Source: an uncultured Clostridium sp.
Lineage (GTDB): Bacteria > Bacillota_I > Bacilli_A > RF39 > UBA660
Reading direction: 5' to 3'
DNA length: 64,000 nucleotides
NCBI GenBank assembly: GCA_905199855.1
Contig: CAJKHY010000001.1
Location: 21,748 to 85,747, forward strand
Shown here: piece after piece, positions 7,078-16,937 of the stretch
Layout: each line of letters starts with the position of its first letter
How positions within the stretch are numbered: position 1 is the first letter of the stretch
Notes under the pieces: model-generated
What the model saw: the letters and a program-made list of their open reading frames with translations, nothing else
Databases searched by the model: none
What the model was told of the DNA's origin: nothing
Program-made: the position numbers and the translations under genes

Positions 7078-9891
7078 ATGGATAAAATAATTATTAAAGG
7101 GGCAAGAGAAAATAATTTAAAGAATATAGACATAGAGATACCAAAAAACAAATTAGTAGTCATAACTGGAGTATCAGGAAGTGGAAAATCCTCCTTAGCA
7201 TTTGATACAATCTATGCAGAAGGACAAAGAAGATATGTAGAAAGCTTATCAGCATATGCAAGACAATTTCTAGGAAACACAGATAAACCTGATGTTGACT
7301 TAATTGAAGGACTAAGTCCAAGTATTAGCATTGACCAAAAAACTACTAATAAAAATCCTCGTAGTACAGTAGGAACTGTAACAGAAATATATGATTACTT
7401 AAGACTCTTATATGCCCGTATAGGCGTGGCATATTGTCCTGTGCACAAAATACCAATCAAACCCCAAAGCATTGAAGAAATGACAAATAAAGTATTAGAA
7501 CTACCAACAGACACAAAAATCATGATACTAAGCCCAATTGTTAAAGGAGAAAAAGGCACACACAAAGAAACAATAACCAAACTAATAAAAGATGGATACA
7601 TACGTGCCAAAATAGATGATGTTATCTGCGATTTAAACGAAGAAATCAACTTAGAGAAAAACAAAAAACACAGCATCAATGTAGTAATTGATAGATTAGT
7701 AATTGACAAAGATATTAGAAGTAGGTTATATGAATCATTAGAAACAGCCACAAAATTATCCCATGGCAAAGTAATTGTTGATGTCATTCACGACAAAGAA
7801 ATTATCTTAAGCGAAAACTACGCCTGCCCATTTTGTGATTATTCACTAGATGAACTAGAACCAAGAATATTTTCCTTTAACGCTCCATATGGTGCCTGTC
7901 CAGAATGTAAAGGACTTGGAGTCAAGTATAAATTAGATCCTGATTTAATTATTCCTGATAAAAATAAATCTTTAAACAACGGAGCAATCGTAGCAATTAA
8001 CGTTGAAGACACCAACAATATTATATATACCCAATTAGAAACATTATGTAAACACTTCAATATTGATATGAATGTTCCTATCAAAGACATCGAAAAAGAT
8101 AAATTAAACATTATCCTATATGGAACAAATGAAATATTAGAATATAACTATGTATCCAAAAGTGGTTCCACCAGAAAAACAAAAGACACATTTGAAGGAA
8201 TCATCACCAACTTAGAAAGAAGATACATGGAAACAAAAAGCACATGGATAAGAGAATGGATCGAACAATATATGGTTGAAATGACTTGCCCTACCTGCCA
8301 TGGAGCAAGATTAAAACCATCAGTTTTATCAGTATTAATAAACAAAAAAAACATCTACGAAATAACTTGCTTATCCATTCTAGAATTAAAAGAGTTCATA
8401 AGCAACTTAAAACTAAGCGAAGAACAAAATGAGATATCAGGAGTAATATTAAAAGAAATAAACTCCAGACTAACATTTTTAATAAATGTAGGACTTTCAT
8501 ACCTAACATTATCTAGAGAAGCTGGAACCTTAAGTGGCGGAGAAGCACAAAGAATAAGACTTGCTACACAAATAGGCTCAAGATTAACAGGAGTTTTATA
8601 CGTACTAGACGAACCTTCGATTGGATTACATCAAAGTGATAACCAAAAACTAATTAACTCCCTAAAAGAAATGCGTGATTTAGGCAATTCCCTAATCGTG
8701 GTAGAACATGATGAAGATACCATGCTTCAAGCCGATTACCTTATTGATATAGGACCATATGCAGGAGTACATGGTGGAAAAGTCATGGCATACGGCACTC
8801 CAGAAGAAGTAATGAATAACGAAAACAGTTTAACAGGAAAATATCTAAAACATACATTAAAAATAGAAGTTCCCAAAAAAAGAAGAAAAGGCACAGGCAA
8901 ATACTTAGAAGTCGTTAAAGCCAACGAAAACAACTTAAAAAATATCAGTGTCAAATTCCCACTAGGAAAAATGATATGCGTAACAGGAGTGTCTGGAAGT
9001 GGCAAATCCACCTTAGTAAACGAAATTCTATATAAATCACTTGCCCAAAATATATATTATAACTTCAAAGATAGACCTGGAAAAGTCAAAGAGATAAAAG
9101 GAATAGAAGAAATAGATAAAGTAGTTCATATCAGTCAGTCTCCAATAGGAAGAACCCCAAGAAGCAACCCAGCCACATACGTATCCGTATTTGACGACAT
9201 AAGAGATATTTTTGCAGAATGCAAAGAAGCAAAAATAAAAGGATATGATAAAGGCCGATTCTCCTTCAATGTCAAAGGTGGAAGATGTGAAGCTTGCTGG
9301 GGAGATGGTGTCAAAAAAATAGAAATGCACTTTTTACCAGACGTATACGTTCCATGTGAAGTATGCCATGGCACAAGATATAACCGTGAAACCTTGGAAA
9401 TAAAATATAAAAACAAAAATATCAATGACGTTCTAAACATGACAGTCGAAGAAGCCCTTACATTCTTTGAAAACATCCCTAAAATTAAAAATAAATTACA
9501 AGTTTTAATGGATGTAGGACTCTCATACATGACATTAGGACAACCTGCTCCAAGTTTAAGCGGGGGAGAAGCTGCCCGCATCAAATTAGCTAAAGAATTA
9601 CAAAAGAAACCGACAGGAAGAAGCATCTTTATCTTAGACGAACCCACTACTGGCTTGCACATTCATGATATCAAAAAATTACTAGAAATACTAAATAGAA
9701 TCGTTGATAATGGAGATACAGTAATAATTATCGAACATAACATGGATGTTATCAAAGTATGCGATTACATCATTGATTTAGGCCCAGAAGGTGGTAATTT
9801 AGGTGGAAATGTAGTATGCACAGGCACACCTGAACAAATAAGCAAAGTGAGCGCATCCTACACAGGCAAATATTTAAAGAAATATCTATAG
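7078..9891 (+). CDS. uvrA: Excinuclease ABC subunit A
   Basis: Two ABC ATPase modules (GVSGSGKSS, GVSGSGKST; LSGGE signatures) and zinc-finger cysteines. N-terminus MDKIIIKGARENNLKNI. Start at ATG 7078 after TAGGTGA. Confidence 0.95.
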   Translation: MDKIIIKGARENNLKNIDIEIPKNKLVVITGVSGSGKSSLAFDTIYAEGQRRYVESLSAYARQFLGNTDKPDVDLIEGLSPSISIDQKTTNKNPRSTVGTVTEIYDYLRLLYARIGVAYCPVHKIPIKPQSIEEMTNKVLELPTDTKIMILSPIVKGEKGTHKETITKLIKDGYIRAKIDDVICDLNEEINLEKNKKHSINVVIDRLVIDKDIRSRLYESLETATKLSHGKVIVDVIHDKEIILSENYACPFCDYSLDELEPRIFSFNAPYGACPECKGLGVKYKLDPDLIIPDKNKSLNNGAIVAINVEDTNNIIYTQLETLCKHFNIDMNVPIKDIEKDKLNIILYGTNEILEYNYVSKSGSTRKTKDTFEGIITNLERRYMETKSTWIREWIEQYMVEMTCPTCHGARLKPSVLSVLINKKNIYEITCLSILELKEFISNLKLSEEQNEISGVILKEINSRLTFLINVGLSYLTLSREAGTLSGGEAQRIRLATQIGSRLTGVLYVLDEPSIGLHQSDNQKLINSLKEMRDLGNSLIVVEHDEDTMLQADYLIDIGPYAGVHGGKVMAYGTPEEVMNNENSLTGKYLKHTLKIEVPKKRRKGTGKYLEVVKANENNLKNISVKFPLGKMICVTGVSGSGKSTLVNEILYKSLAQNIYYNFKDRPGKVKEIKGIEEIDKVVHISQSPIGRTPRSNPATYVSVFDDIRDIFAECKEAKIKGYDKGRFSFNVKGGRCEACWGDGVKKIEMHFLPDVYVPCEVCHGTRYNRETLEIKYKNKNINDVLNMTVEEALTFFENIPKIKNKLQVLMDVGLSYMTLGQPAPSLSGGEAARIKLAKELQKKPTGRSIFILDEPTTGLHIHDIKKLLEILNRIVDNGDTVIIIEHNMDVIKVCDYIIDLGPEGGNLGGNVVCTGTPEQISKVSASYTGKYLKKYL

Positions 9892-9911
9892 TCTACAAAC
9901 GTAGACTTTTC
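9891..9911 (+). terminator. uvrA terminator
   Basis: GTCTAC-aaac-GTAGAC followed by TTTT, overlapping the stop codon. Confidence 0.6.
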
Positions 9912-9928
9912 TTTCAGCAAAAAAATGT

Positions 9929-9957
9929 TTGACAAAATTAAATATATGTGGTAAGAT
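9929..9957 (+). promoter_or_regulatory. SigA-type promoter with -16 TGTG element
   Basis: TTGACA (9929-9934), 17-nt spacer ending in TGTGG, then TAAGAT (9952-9957). Confidence 0.6.
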
Positions 9958-9988
9958 ATAGCACGTTAACCAAAAAGGGGGAGATTTT

Positions 9989-10942
9989 ATGGATAATTTT
10001 AACTACAAAAAAGATTTAACAGAAACAGAATTAGACAGCAAAAAAATAGAAAACTTTGAAGATTATGGAATCACCATAAACGGACTAGATGAATACACCA
10101 GCAAATTATCAAAAGAATTATTAACCAAAGAACAAGAAGAAGAACTATTTACAAAAATCAAAAATGGTGATATTGAAGCAAGAAATGAATTAATTACTAA
10201 AAACTTACGCTTAGTAATAAGCATAGCCAAAAGACATGTAGGAAGTGGTATGGATCTTCTTGATTTAATTGAAGAAGGGAATGTAGGCTTAATCAAAGCT
10301 GTAGAAAAGTTTGATATCAATAAAGGCTATAGATTTTCAACATATGCCACATGTTGGATAAGACAAGCCATAACAAATAGTATCAATGAAAAAAGAAGAA
10401 CGATTAGGATATCAGCTTATCAAGAAAACAAAATAAGATTATTAAAAGATTATAACAATTCATATTACTGCGATAATGGAAAATATCCAACAAAAGAAGA
10501 AATCGCGGCATATTTCAATTGGGATAAAAGTACAGTTGAAAACATATTATCAATCGTAAAAACAAAAATTGTTTTATTATCCACTCCAATAAGTGATGAT
10601 AGTGATGACGAATTAATAGATTTTATTGAAGATAAAGATGAAATTGACACAGATAAAATTATTTTTAGTAAACAAATACGTGAAGCTATAGAAAAAAGCA
10701 ACCTAACCGAAAGAGAAACTAAAGTATTATACTTAAGATTTGGTATTTATGATGGAGAACGTCGTACCCTAGAAGAAATAAGCAAAATATTTAACCTAAC
10801 ACGAGAAAGAATAAGACAAATCGAAACTAATGCCTTCAGAAAACTAAGAAGAAAAAATGAAATCAAAGAATTGCATGATGGAGAAGTACACAATTCGACC
10901 AACACCAAAACAAAAACAAAAGTAAAAAAACTTATTAAATAA
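9989..10942 (+). CDS. RpoD-like sigma-70 factor, paralogue 1
   Basis: Regions 1.2-4.2 present ([44 protein letters not shown]). Conserved WW is changed to CW, and R(I/V)PVH to RISAY. Lys/Thr-rich tail. SD GGGGGAG. Confidence 0.85.
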   Translation: MDNFNYKKDLTETELDSKKIENFEDYGITINGLDEYTSKLSKELLTKEQEEELFTKIKNGDIEARNELITKNLRLVISIAKRHVGSGMDLLDLIEEGNVGLIKAVEKFDINKGYRFSTYATCWIRQAITNSINEKRRTIRISAYQENKIRLLKDYNNSYYCDNGKYPTKEEIAAYFNWDKSTVENILSIVKTKIVLLSTPISDDSDDELIDFIEDKDEIDTDKIIFSKQIREAIEKSNLTERETKVLYLRFGIYDGERRTLEEISKIFNLTRERIRQIETNAFRKLRRKNEIKELHDGEVHNSTNTKTKTKVKKLIK

Positions 10943-10964
10943 AAGAAAGAGGGGGGGAAGAAAA

Positions 10965-11918
10965 ATGAAAGAATTATATCATAATGAATTAAAAAATGAT
11001 CAAAATATAAAAAACCAACAAATAGAAGAACAAAATTTACCTGATATTGATATATCAAAGCAATTTCTAAGCGAATTAAACGAACAACTATTGACATCAG
11101 AAGAAGAAAAAGCACTATTCCAAAGAATTGAACAAGGTGATGAAGAAGCGAAAACAGAAGTAATAGAAAAAAATATTCGTTTAGTAGTAAGTATTGCCAC
11201 AATTTACACTAATCGTGGTTTAGAGTTCCTTGACTTAGTAAACGAAGGTTGCCTTGGCCTAATTAATGCCACAAGTAAGTTTGACGTAAACAAAGGCTAC
11301 AAGTTTTCAACCTATGCCACATGGTGGATAAGACAAGCCATTACCAGAGCAATATTTGATAAAGGAAGAGTCATAAGAGTGCCTGTTCATACGATGGAAC
11401 ACGTAAACAAAGTAAAAAGGTATATAAATGACTATTATGTACGAAATGGTATCAATCCCAGTATGGAAGAAATCCAACAACAATTCAATTACAGCGATGA
11501 AAAAATGGATAAAATATTTGATGTAATCATAAATAAACCATCTTCATTAAACACTGGCATTGGCGAAGACGAAGATATCGAACTAATTGATTTACTTGAA
11601 GACAGAGAATCCATACCATTAGAAGAAATAGCAGCCAAAGGTGAATTGGTTAGAATAATTGATGAATCCTCATTAACCGAAAGAGAAAGAAAAGTATTAT
11701 ATTTAAGGTTTGGAGTAATTGATAACAAAACAAGAACCTTAGAAGAATTAGGAAAAATCTTTAACATAACCCGTGAAAGAGTAAGACAAATTGAAGTCAA
11801 AGCATTAAGAAAATTAAGAAATAACATATACGTAAAAGAATATTATAATACAGTAGGTTCTCCATACAAAACAAAAGAAAAAAACAAAACCAGAAAATAT
11901 AATACAACAAAAAAATAG
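10965..11918 (+). CDS. RpoD-like sigma-70 factor, paralogue 2
   Basis: 317 aa. FSTYATWWIRQAITRAI, RVIRVPVHTMEH, ITRERVRQIEVKALRKLR. SD is a G7 run at 10951-10957. Confidence 0.85.
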   Translation: MKELYHNELKNDQNIKNQQIEEQNLPDIDISKQFLSELNEQLLTSEEEKALFQRIEQGDEEAKTEVIEKNIRLVVSIATIYTNRGLEFLDLVNEGCLGLINATSKFDVNKGYKFSTYATWWIRQAITRAIFDKGRVIRVPVHTMEHVNKVKRYINDYYVRNGINPSMEEIQQQFNYSDEKMDKIFDVIINKPSSLNTGIGEDEDIELIDLLEDRESIPLEEIAAKGELVRIIDESSLTERERKVLYLRFGVIDNKTRTLEELGKIFNITRERVRQIEVKALRKLRNNIYVKEYYNTVGSPYKTKEKNKTRKYNTTKK

Positions 11919-11945
11919 ATAACACAAAAAAAGGGGGGACAAAAC

Positions 11946-12781
11946 ATGGAAAGCTTAAAATCCAAACAAATGCTACATTTAAAAAACAAAAAAAGATCTT
12001 AATATACTTAACCAATATTTTAGTGAAATACCTAGTGATATCTTAACTAAAGAAGAAATAAAACTATTTAAAAGAATAAAAAATGGAGAAATTCAAGCAA
12101 GAGATGAAATAATAAAAAAAATCTAAGATTAGTAATAATCATAGCCAAAAAAAGACTTAATCGCGGTTTAGATTTTTCTGACATAATTCAGTATGGTAAT
12201 ATAGGACTAATAAAATCAATAGAAAAGTTTGATTAAAAAAAGGATACCATTTCTCAACCTATGCCACGTGATGGATAATATAAACAATAGATAGAGTTTT
12301 ATATTATGAAACAAGAATAATTAGATTACCAGATTATATTTGTGCAAATATAGACAAATTAAAACAATGCATATATTATAATACCAATAAAAAATCTCCA
12401 ACAATAGAAGAATTAGAGTAAATACTTAACTATGATGAAAAAACAGTCAATAAAATCCTAAAATTATTAGAAAATAAAAATATCTCCTTAAATGGCACAA
12501 TTGATATTAAAAGGAACGAATTAGGAAAAATTGTCGCCATAGAAAGTGAAAATATCAACAAACAAATATTAAACGAACAATTAGTTGACATAATCGAAAA
12601 TAAAAGCAACCTAAATGCAAAAGAAAAACAAGTTTAATACCTAAGATATGGACTAGTAGATGGAGAATATAAAGACATAGAAGAAGTTTGCCAAATTCTA
12701 AACATAAGCCACCAAAGAGTAAACCATATTGAACTTGTTGCTTCAAGAAAATTAAAAGAAAATAGCTATATAAAAGAATAA
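11946..12781 (+). pseudogene. Decayed third RpoD-like sigma gene
   Basis: Own translation aligns with paralogues 1 and 2 (..[17 protein letters not shown].., [19 protein letters not shown], ..V*YLRYGL.., ISHQRVNHIE). It is interrupted by several TAA/TGA codons and at least one poly-A frameshift near 12233-12241. No + ORF of 60 aa or more appears in the track. Confidence 0.8.
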
Positions 12782-12864
12782 CATGATAGAGAATTAAGAT
12801 TTACATGTGAAGATGCTAAAAAGTTAATATGTAAAATTTAACAAACATAGCATTTTTTTTTGCC

Positions 12865-12885
12865 TTTGCTACGCCGTTCTAATTC
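12865..12885 (+). repeat. REP-like intergenic repeat unit
   Basis: TTTGCTACGCCGTTCTAATTC, directly after the T-run that follows the sigma pseudogene. Confidence 0.7.
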
Positions 12886-13032
12886 ACTTGACACATTTTC
12901 CAAAAATTTTACATTTTCACAAAAAAAATCACCTTCCCATTTTTCAAAAATTCCCGTACAGATTTTCAAAAACCGAGCAAATTTTACACAGAATTTCAAA
13001 AACACCCGAACAGTTTTTAAAAAATAGTAATA

Positions 13033-13062
13033 TTGACAAAAACATCCTCATTATAGTATATT
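13033..13062 (+). promoter_or_regulatory. SigA-type promoter of intergenic module copy B
   Basis: TTGACA (13033-13038), 18-nt spacer, TATATT (13057-13062). AAAGGAGGTG follows at 13073-13082. Confidence 0.5.
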
Positions 13063-13164
13063 GAAAACAGAAAAAGGAGGTGTTACTTGTGTGCATATTA
13101 CAAATAATCGGAGCAAATCCACCATAACGAATAAAACATCAAATTTATAACAATTAAAAAATGA

Positions 13165-13233
13165 GTACGGCAGCAAATGTCGGAGTTTATGTCTACGAAG
13201 AAGAATATATCAGTTCCTTTTCTGTAGAAAAAC
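13165..13233 (+). ncRNA. Candidate structured RNA element, copy B (conserved double hairpin)
   Basis: GTACGGCAG-caaa-TGTCGGA-gt-TATGTCTACG-(variable)-TGTAGAAAAACA. Same flanks as 1051-1117 with different loops. Confidence 0.35.
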
Positions 13234-13281
13234 ATTTCCGTAATTATAGAAAAAGCAATTTATTTACAATAAATTACTTTA

Positions 13282-13298
13282 TTCGACAAAATTCGACA
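13282..13298. promoter_or_regulatory. Two direct 0A-box-like heptamers (TTCGACA x2, 10-bp register)
   Basis: TTCGACA at 13282-13288 and 13292-13298, 46-62 nt upstream of the kinase ATG. TATACT at 13321-13326. Confidence 0.4.
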
Positions 13299-13343
13299 TA
13301 TTTCTACAAAGGTCTTGTTTTATACTTAGTTTGGTGATAAAAA

Positions 13344-14582
13344 ATGATTAATTTAATTATACTAAATATTATTTATATCTCATTTCCTTTAATGATTTAT
13401 TTCTTATATGTAATATTTAAAAATATAAAGAACGAAAAAGAAGGTAATTTATTTCTCGCAATAAGTTTGTTTAGCTCACTGAGCTTATCTCTAAAATATG
13501 GGAATGTATTCCAAGACGAGAGGCTTTTAATACTATGCAACATTCCAATAATAATATCATATGTTAAAAAAAAGAATTTTCTCGGCATAATTCTATCATT
13601 GGTGATAGTGATCTATACTTATATTACCATTAAAAGTAGCATTATCTATGTCATGATTATCAAATATATTATTTATTATGTAATCGCACTATTAGCAAAT
13701 AAAAGTAAAAAATATAGATTAATCGATCTCATCGCCGTTGTCCAAGGATTTATGTTGTCATTCGAATATTTTTTCAAAAAAACGACTGCAGAAGATGCTT
13801 ATGCACTTATCAATATTATTTTAGTAGTTGTAATATTCTACATAATTACTTTTGCTATTCTTTATTTGTTTGAAATAACCGATAAAATCAGTAATGTATT
13901 TTTAAATTACAAAGAATTAGAACAAGATAAACAAATCAAAAATTCCATATTTAAAATCACACACGAAATAAAAAATCCATTAGCAGTTTTAAAAGGTTAT
14001 TTAGAGATGTTTAATGCCAATGATGTAGAAAAATCACAAAAATATATAAACATCATGAAAAACGAAGTTGATAGAACCTTAAATATTATCAATGATTTCA
14101 TGGAATTATCAAAAATAAAAATTGAAAAAGACATGCTAGATATCAATTTATTAATCTACGAAACTACCGATGTCATTAAATTAGTATTTAACAAAAAAGA
14201 TATAAGTTTAATAAACGAAATCTCTAACGAAGAAGAAGTTTATATTATGGGTGATTATAATAGATTAAAACAAGTATTTATCAACTTATTTAAAAACTGC
14301 TACGAATCTATAGAAAACAAAGGCATAGTAAAAATAAGTGCCTACATTAAGAATAATTACTACATCATTACTATTTTTGATAATGGTATAGGCATGAGTG
14401 ATGAAACCATAAAAAATATTAAACACGTATTTTATACAACAAAAAAATATGGCAGTGGGGTAGGAGTACCCCTATCTAATGAAATTATTAAAGCCCACGA
14501 TGGTATTTTGAGTTATGAATCAAAATTAGGCGAATATACAAAAACCACAATTAAATTACCAATATTAAAAGAAGGTAACTAG
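13344..14582 (+). CDS. Orphan sensor histidine kinase with a multi-TM N-terminal domain
   Basis: About 5-6 hydrophobic helices in residues 1-180. H-box FKITHEIKNPLAVL. ATPase boxes NLFKNCYES, DNGIGMS, GSGVGVPLS. No adjacent response regulator. Confidence 0.85.
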   Translation: MINLIILNIIYISFPLMIYFLYVIFKNIKNEKEGNLFLAISLFSSLSLSLKYGNVFQDERLLILCNIPIIISYVKKKNFLGIILSLVIVIYTYITIKSSIIYVMIIKYIIYYVIALLANKSKKYRLIDLIAVVQGFMLSFEYFFKKTTAEDAYALINIILVVVIFYIITFAILYLFEITDKISNVFLNYKELEQDKQIKNSIFKITHEIKNPLAVLKGYLEMFNANDVEKSQKYINIMKNEVDRTLNIINDFMELSKIKIEKDMLDINLLIYETTDVIKLVFNKKDISLINEISNEEEVYIMGDYNRLKQVFINLFKNCYESIENKGIVKISAYIKNNYYIITIFDNGIGMSDETIKNIKHVFYTTKKYGSGVGVPLSNEIIKAHDGILSYESKLGEYTKTTIKLPILKEGN

Positions 14583-14604
14583 TAAATAAAACTACTCCTT
14601 CTTT

Positions 14605-15447
14605 TTAACTTTCTTTATTAATACGATAAAAATTAATAGATGGTGGATTAAACAACCTGAATGTATAAGCACTTACCCCCAAACCACTAGAAACATAAAT
14701 ATTAGCATTATTAATATGATAATAATTACCATAATAAAATGTTGCACCCCTGATATTATATAACTTCTCCAAAAAAGGCAATTTTACCTGACCATCATGT
14801 GAATGACCAGCCAAAATAAGATTAACAGAACTATCTTTTTCCAAAATATTATCAACATAATCAGGTTCATGAACAAGCACTATCTTATAATCTTCATTAT
14901 TAATTTCAAAAGTTTTATCTAAATTAGCACGATCTTTTAAAACATCGTCAACGCCATATAGCATAATTTTTTCCATACTATTATTATAAATAGCATCGCT
15001 CTCATTAAGTAAAATATCAAAACCACTATCCGTAAGGGTACTCTTCAAAATCTCAACATTTTCTTCATAATCATGATCTCCTAAAATAGCATACTTCCCA
15101 ATTCGAGCATTAATCTTACTTAAATGCTCAACCAAAATATCAAAATCATTATCATTTAACTCGTTTGGAGTTTCCACCAAATCACCCGTAAAAACAACAA
15201 TATCAGGTTTAATAAAATTAATCTCCTTAACAAATCTATCAATACTTTTCAAAGTAATATTTCTTCCATAATGCAAATCACTAAAATGAACAATCTTTAC
15301 ACCATCAAAACTATCTGGCAAATTAGGATCCTTAATCGTATATTCTTTAGTAATAAACATATTTGGCTCCACCGCATATCCATATAACAAAATCAAAATA
15401 ATTACAAATAAAAATATTAAAATAGTAGCAATAACTTTTCTTCTCAT
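14605..15447 (-). CDS. Membrane-anchored metallophosphoesterase (calcineurin-like)
   Basis: Motifs HFSDLHYG, TGDLV, GDHD, VHEP, GHSHDGQ. N-terminal TM helix. Start overlaps the stop of the upstream CPBP gene (ATGA). Confidence 0.8.
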   Translation of the reverse strand: MRRKVIATILIFLFVIILILLYGYAVEPNMFITKEYTIKDPNLPDSFDGVKIVHFSDLHYGRNITLKSIDRFVKEINFIKPDIVVFTGDLVETPNELNDNDFDILVEHLSKINARIGKYAILGDHDYEENVEILKSTLTDSGFDILLNESDAIYNNSMEKIMLYGVDDVLKDRANLDKTFEINNEDYKIVLVHEPDYVDNILEKDSSVNLILAGHSHDGQVKLPFLEKLYNIRGATFYYGNYYHINNANIYVSSGLGVSAYTFRLFNPPSINFYRINKES

Positions 15448-16124
15448 AAACCACTTCCCACTAAATACAAAACAATGGCCATTGTATTATGCAAAAAATG
15501 CATACTAATAGTAGAAAAAATATTATTAGATTTACTATAAGTATAAGCAAAAGCCAACCCCAACGAACAATAAGGGATCAAATAAACATAATCCATTGGT
15601 GTTTTAATATAAGTAATAACATGCAAAGCCCCGAAAGTAACCCCACTCACCAAAACATAAATAAAATTATTCCTAAAAACATCACGGAATCCCTTTCTAA
15701 ATATTAATTCCTCAGTAAAAGGTGCATATAAAGTAACCGAAAATATCATATATAAAGGAGCAATCTCAATTAAAGACCTAATACTTTCCTCATTGCCAGC
15801 AATCCCATTTTTAGTAAACATCACGATTATAAAATTACTTATAATCATAATCAAAAAACCAATCAAATAATACTTAAAAGCAAATTCAAAATTATTAAAA
15901 AAATCTCTAAAAAAAATCTTAAAATCTTTAACTAAAGTTTTCCTATATACCAAAAATAGAATAACCAAAAAACCAATTTCTGACCCAAAACCAAGTAAAT
16001 ACTTTCCCTTATTTGATAAAACACCAACATCAATATCAAAAATGCCTACCACAATATCAGTAAACGTAAAAAGTAACAAAAACAAAATTATAGTTTTAAA
16101 AATAGTAAATATATTCTTCTTCAT
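15444..16124 (-). CDS. CPBP-family intramembrane glutamic endopeptidase
   Basis: Polytopic protein. Motifs FTEELIFRKGF, FGALH, SMHFLHN. Start at ATG 16124 after GAAGGTGAAAGA. Confidence 0.75.
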   Translation of the reverse strand: MKKNIFTIFKTIILFLLLFTFTDIVVGIFDIDVGVLSNKGKYLLGFGSEIGFLVILFLVYRKTLVKDFKIFFRDFFNNFEFAFKYYLIGFLIMIISNFIIVMFTKNGIAGNEESIRSLIEIAPLYMIFSVTLYAPFTEELIFRKGFRDVFRNNFIYVLVSGVTFGALHVITYIKTPMDYVYLIPYCSLGLAFAYTYSKSNNIFSTISMHFLHNTMAIVLYLVGSGL

Positions 16125-16283
16125 TCTTTCACCTTCATTAATCATTGTACCAAATTTCTAACGAAAAGTCATTAATTTTAAAATACATTATTGCAAAAAA
16201 AAGCATTAGATTAGTTTGTTATAACATGGAAAACCAATAAAATATATATTTTTCACGATAATTTAATTTTTTCTTTTTAGGGG

Positions 16284-16312
16284 TTGTATTTTTTAAATAG
16301 TACTGCTATAAT
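16284..16312 (+). promoter_or_regulatory. SigA-type promoter
   Basis: TTGTAT (16284-16289), 17-nt spacer, TATAAT (16307-16312), upstream of the ORF at 16340. Confidence 0.55.
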
Positions 16313-16339
16313 ACATTACTAGATGTAGGAGGTGTAATT

Positions 16340-16681
16340 ATGTATGGAAAAATACAATATGGTTATAAATATATAGAATGCCTAGATATATATACCATTA
16401 GAAGATTAGATGGGGTTTCACTAGATTCTCACATACCAATTAATTTAATTAAAGCAATTATGTCAGAAGAAGTAGATCGAAAAGGAAAACTAACCTTTAC
16501 CAGTAATATACATAATAACATATACTTTGATTTTGACAAGAAAAATGCTATAATTGACTTCAATGGAAGAAAATTCAGTGAAAAACAAGTTACAGACATA
16601 ATTAACATGATCAACAACAAAAAAAACACAAAAAAAGAACCAAAAAGATTAAAAAAAATATTATCAATATTAAAAAAATAG
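16340..16681 (+). CDS. Hypothetical protein with a Lys-rich C-terminus
   Basis: 113-aa ORF with strong SD GGAGGTG 6 nt upstream and its own promoter. No family recognised. Confidence 0.55.
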   Translation: MYGKIQYGYKYIECLDIYTIRRLDGVSLDSHIPINLIKAIMSEEVDRKGKLTFTSNIHNNIYFDFDKKNAIIDFNGRKFSEKQVTDIINMINNKKNTKKEPKRLKKILSILKK

Positions 16682-16730
16682 TTAAAAGAAAGTACTTAGA
16701 AATAAATATTTTCTTTTAATTTTGCTACGC

Positions 16731-16752
16731 TGTTTTAATTTCCTAAAACATA
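16731..16752 (+). repeat. REP-like intergenic repeat unit
   Basis: TTTGCTACGCTGTTTTAATTTC, about 50 nt after the stop of the ORF at 16340. Confidence 0.7.
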
Positions 16753-16761
16753 TTAGCAAAC

Positions 16762-16790
16762 AAAAAAAACACTATAAAAGTGTTTAATTA
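16762..16790. terminator. Bidirectional terminator hairpin
   Basis: AAACACT-ataaa-AGTGTTT flanked by an A-run and T-rich sequence, between convergent genes. Confidence 0.5.
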
Positions 16791-16937
16791 AAAATATTGA
16801 ATTATTGGAACAATAACTGAAATAAGAATAATAATTAACATAGTATAACCAACTATTTTCATACCTAGGTTACTTGTTTTTTTCTTTTTCTTTTTTTTCT
16901 TATTTTTATTTTCTTTTTCATTCATAATCTTTGCCAT
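16788..16937 (-). CDS. Small membrane protein (49 aa), Lys-rich N-terminus plus one TM helix
   Basis: Own translation, below the track cutoff: MAKIMNEKENKNKKKKKKKKTSNLGMKIVGYTMLIIILISVIVPIIQYF. GAGGTG lies 4 nt upstream of the ATG. Confidence 0.4.
   Translation of the reverse strand: MAKIMNEKENKNKKKKKKKKTSNLGMKIVGYTMLIIILISVIVPIIQYF

Noticed and set aside
7395-9662. Several 68-175-aa minus-strand ORFs inside uvrA, and similar ones inside dnaK (24462-25463), essC, fbp, lepA, comEA and others
   Set aside because: These are antisense shadow ORFs within strongly supported genes. They have no RBS and no recognisable motifs.
11946-12781. TGA read as Trp (genetic code 4). TGA sits at a conserved Trp position in the third sigma copy, and another TGA lies in coding-like sequence at 40824.
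   Set aside because: Many well-supported genes here end at TGA with normal lengths (ylbF-like, mrnC, ung, cysteine desulfurase) and use TGG for Trp. The same region also has in-frame TAA codons and a frameshift. Ordinary pseudogene decay (TGG to TGA) explains it.
12890-13030. Regularly spaced short repeats considered as a CRISPR array or replication iterons
   Set aside because: The units are about 10-nt T/A-tract palindromes with irregular 18-31 bp spacing. There are no unique spacers of CRISPR size, no cas genes, and no DnaA boxes or rep gene.
13070-13343. Riboswitch or T-box leader for the histidine kinase
   Set aside because: No T-box sequence, specifier or terminator-antiterminator pattern, and no riboswitch core I can recognise. 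The conserved part also occurs at 1051-1117, where no downstream gene exists.
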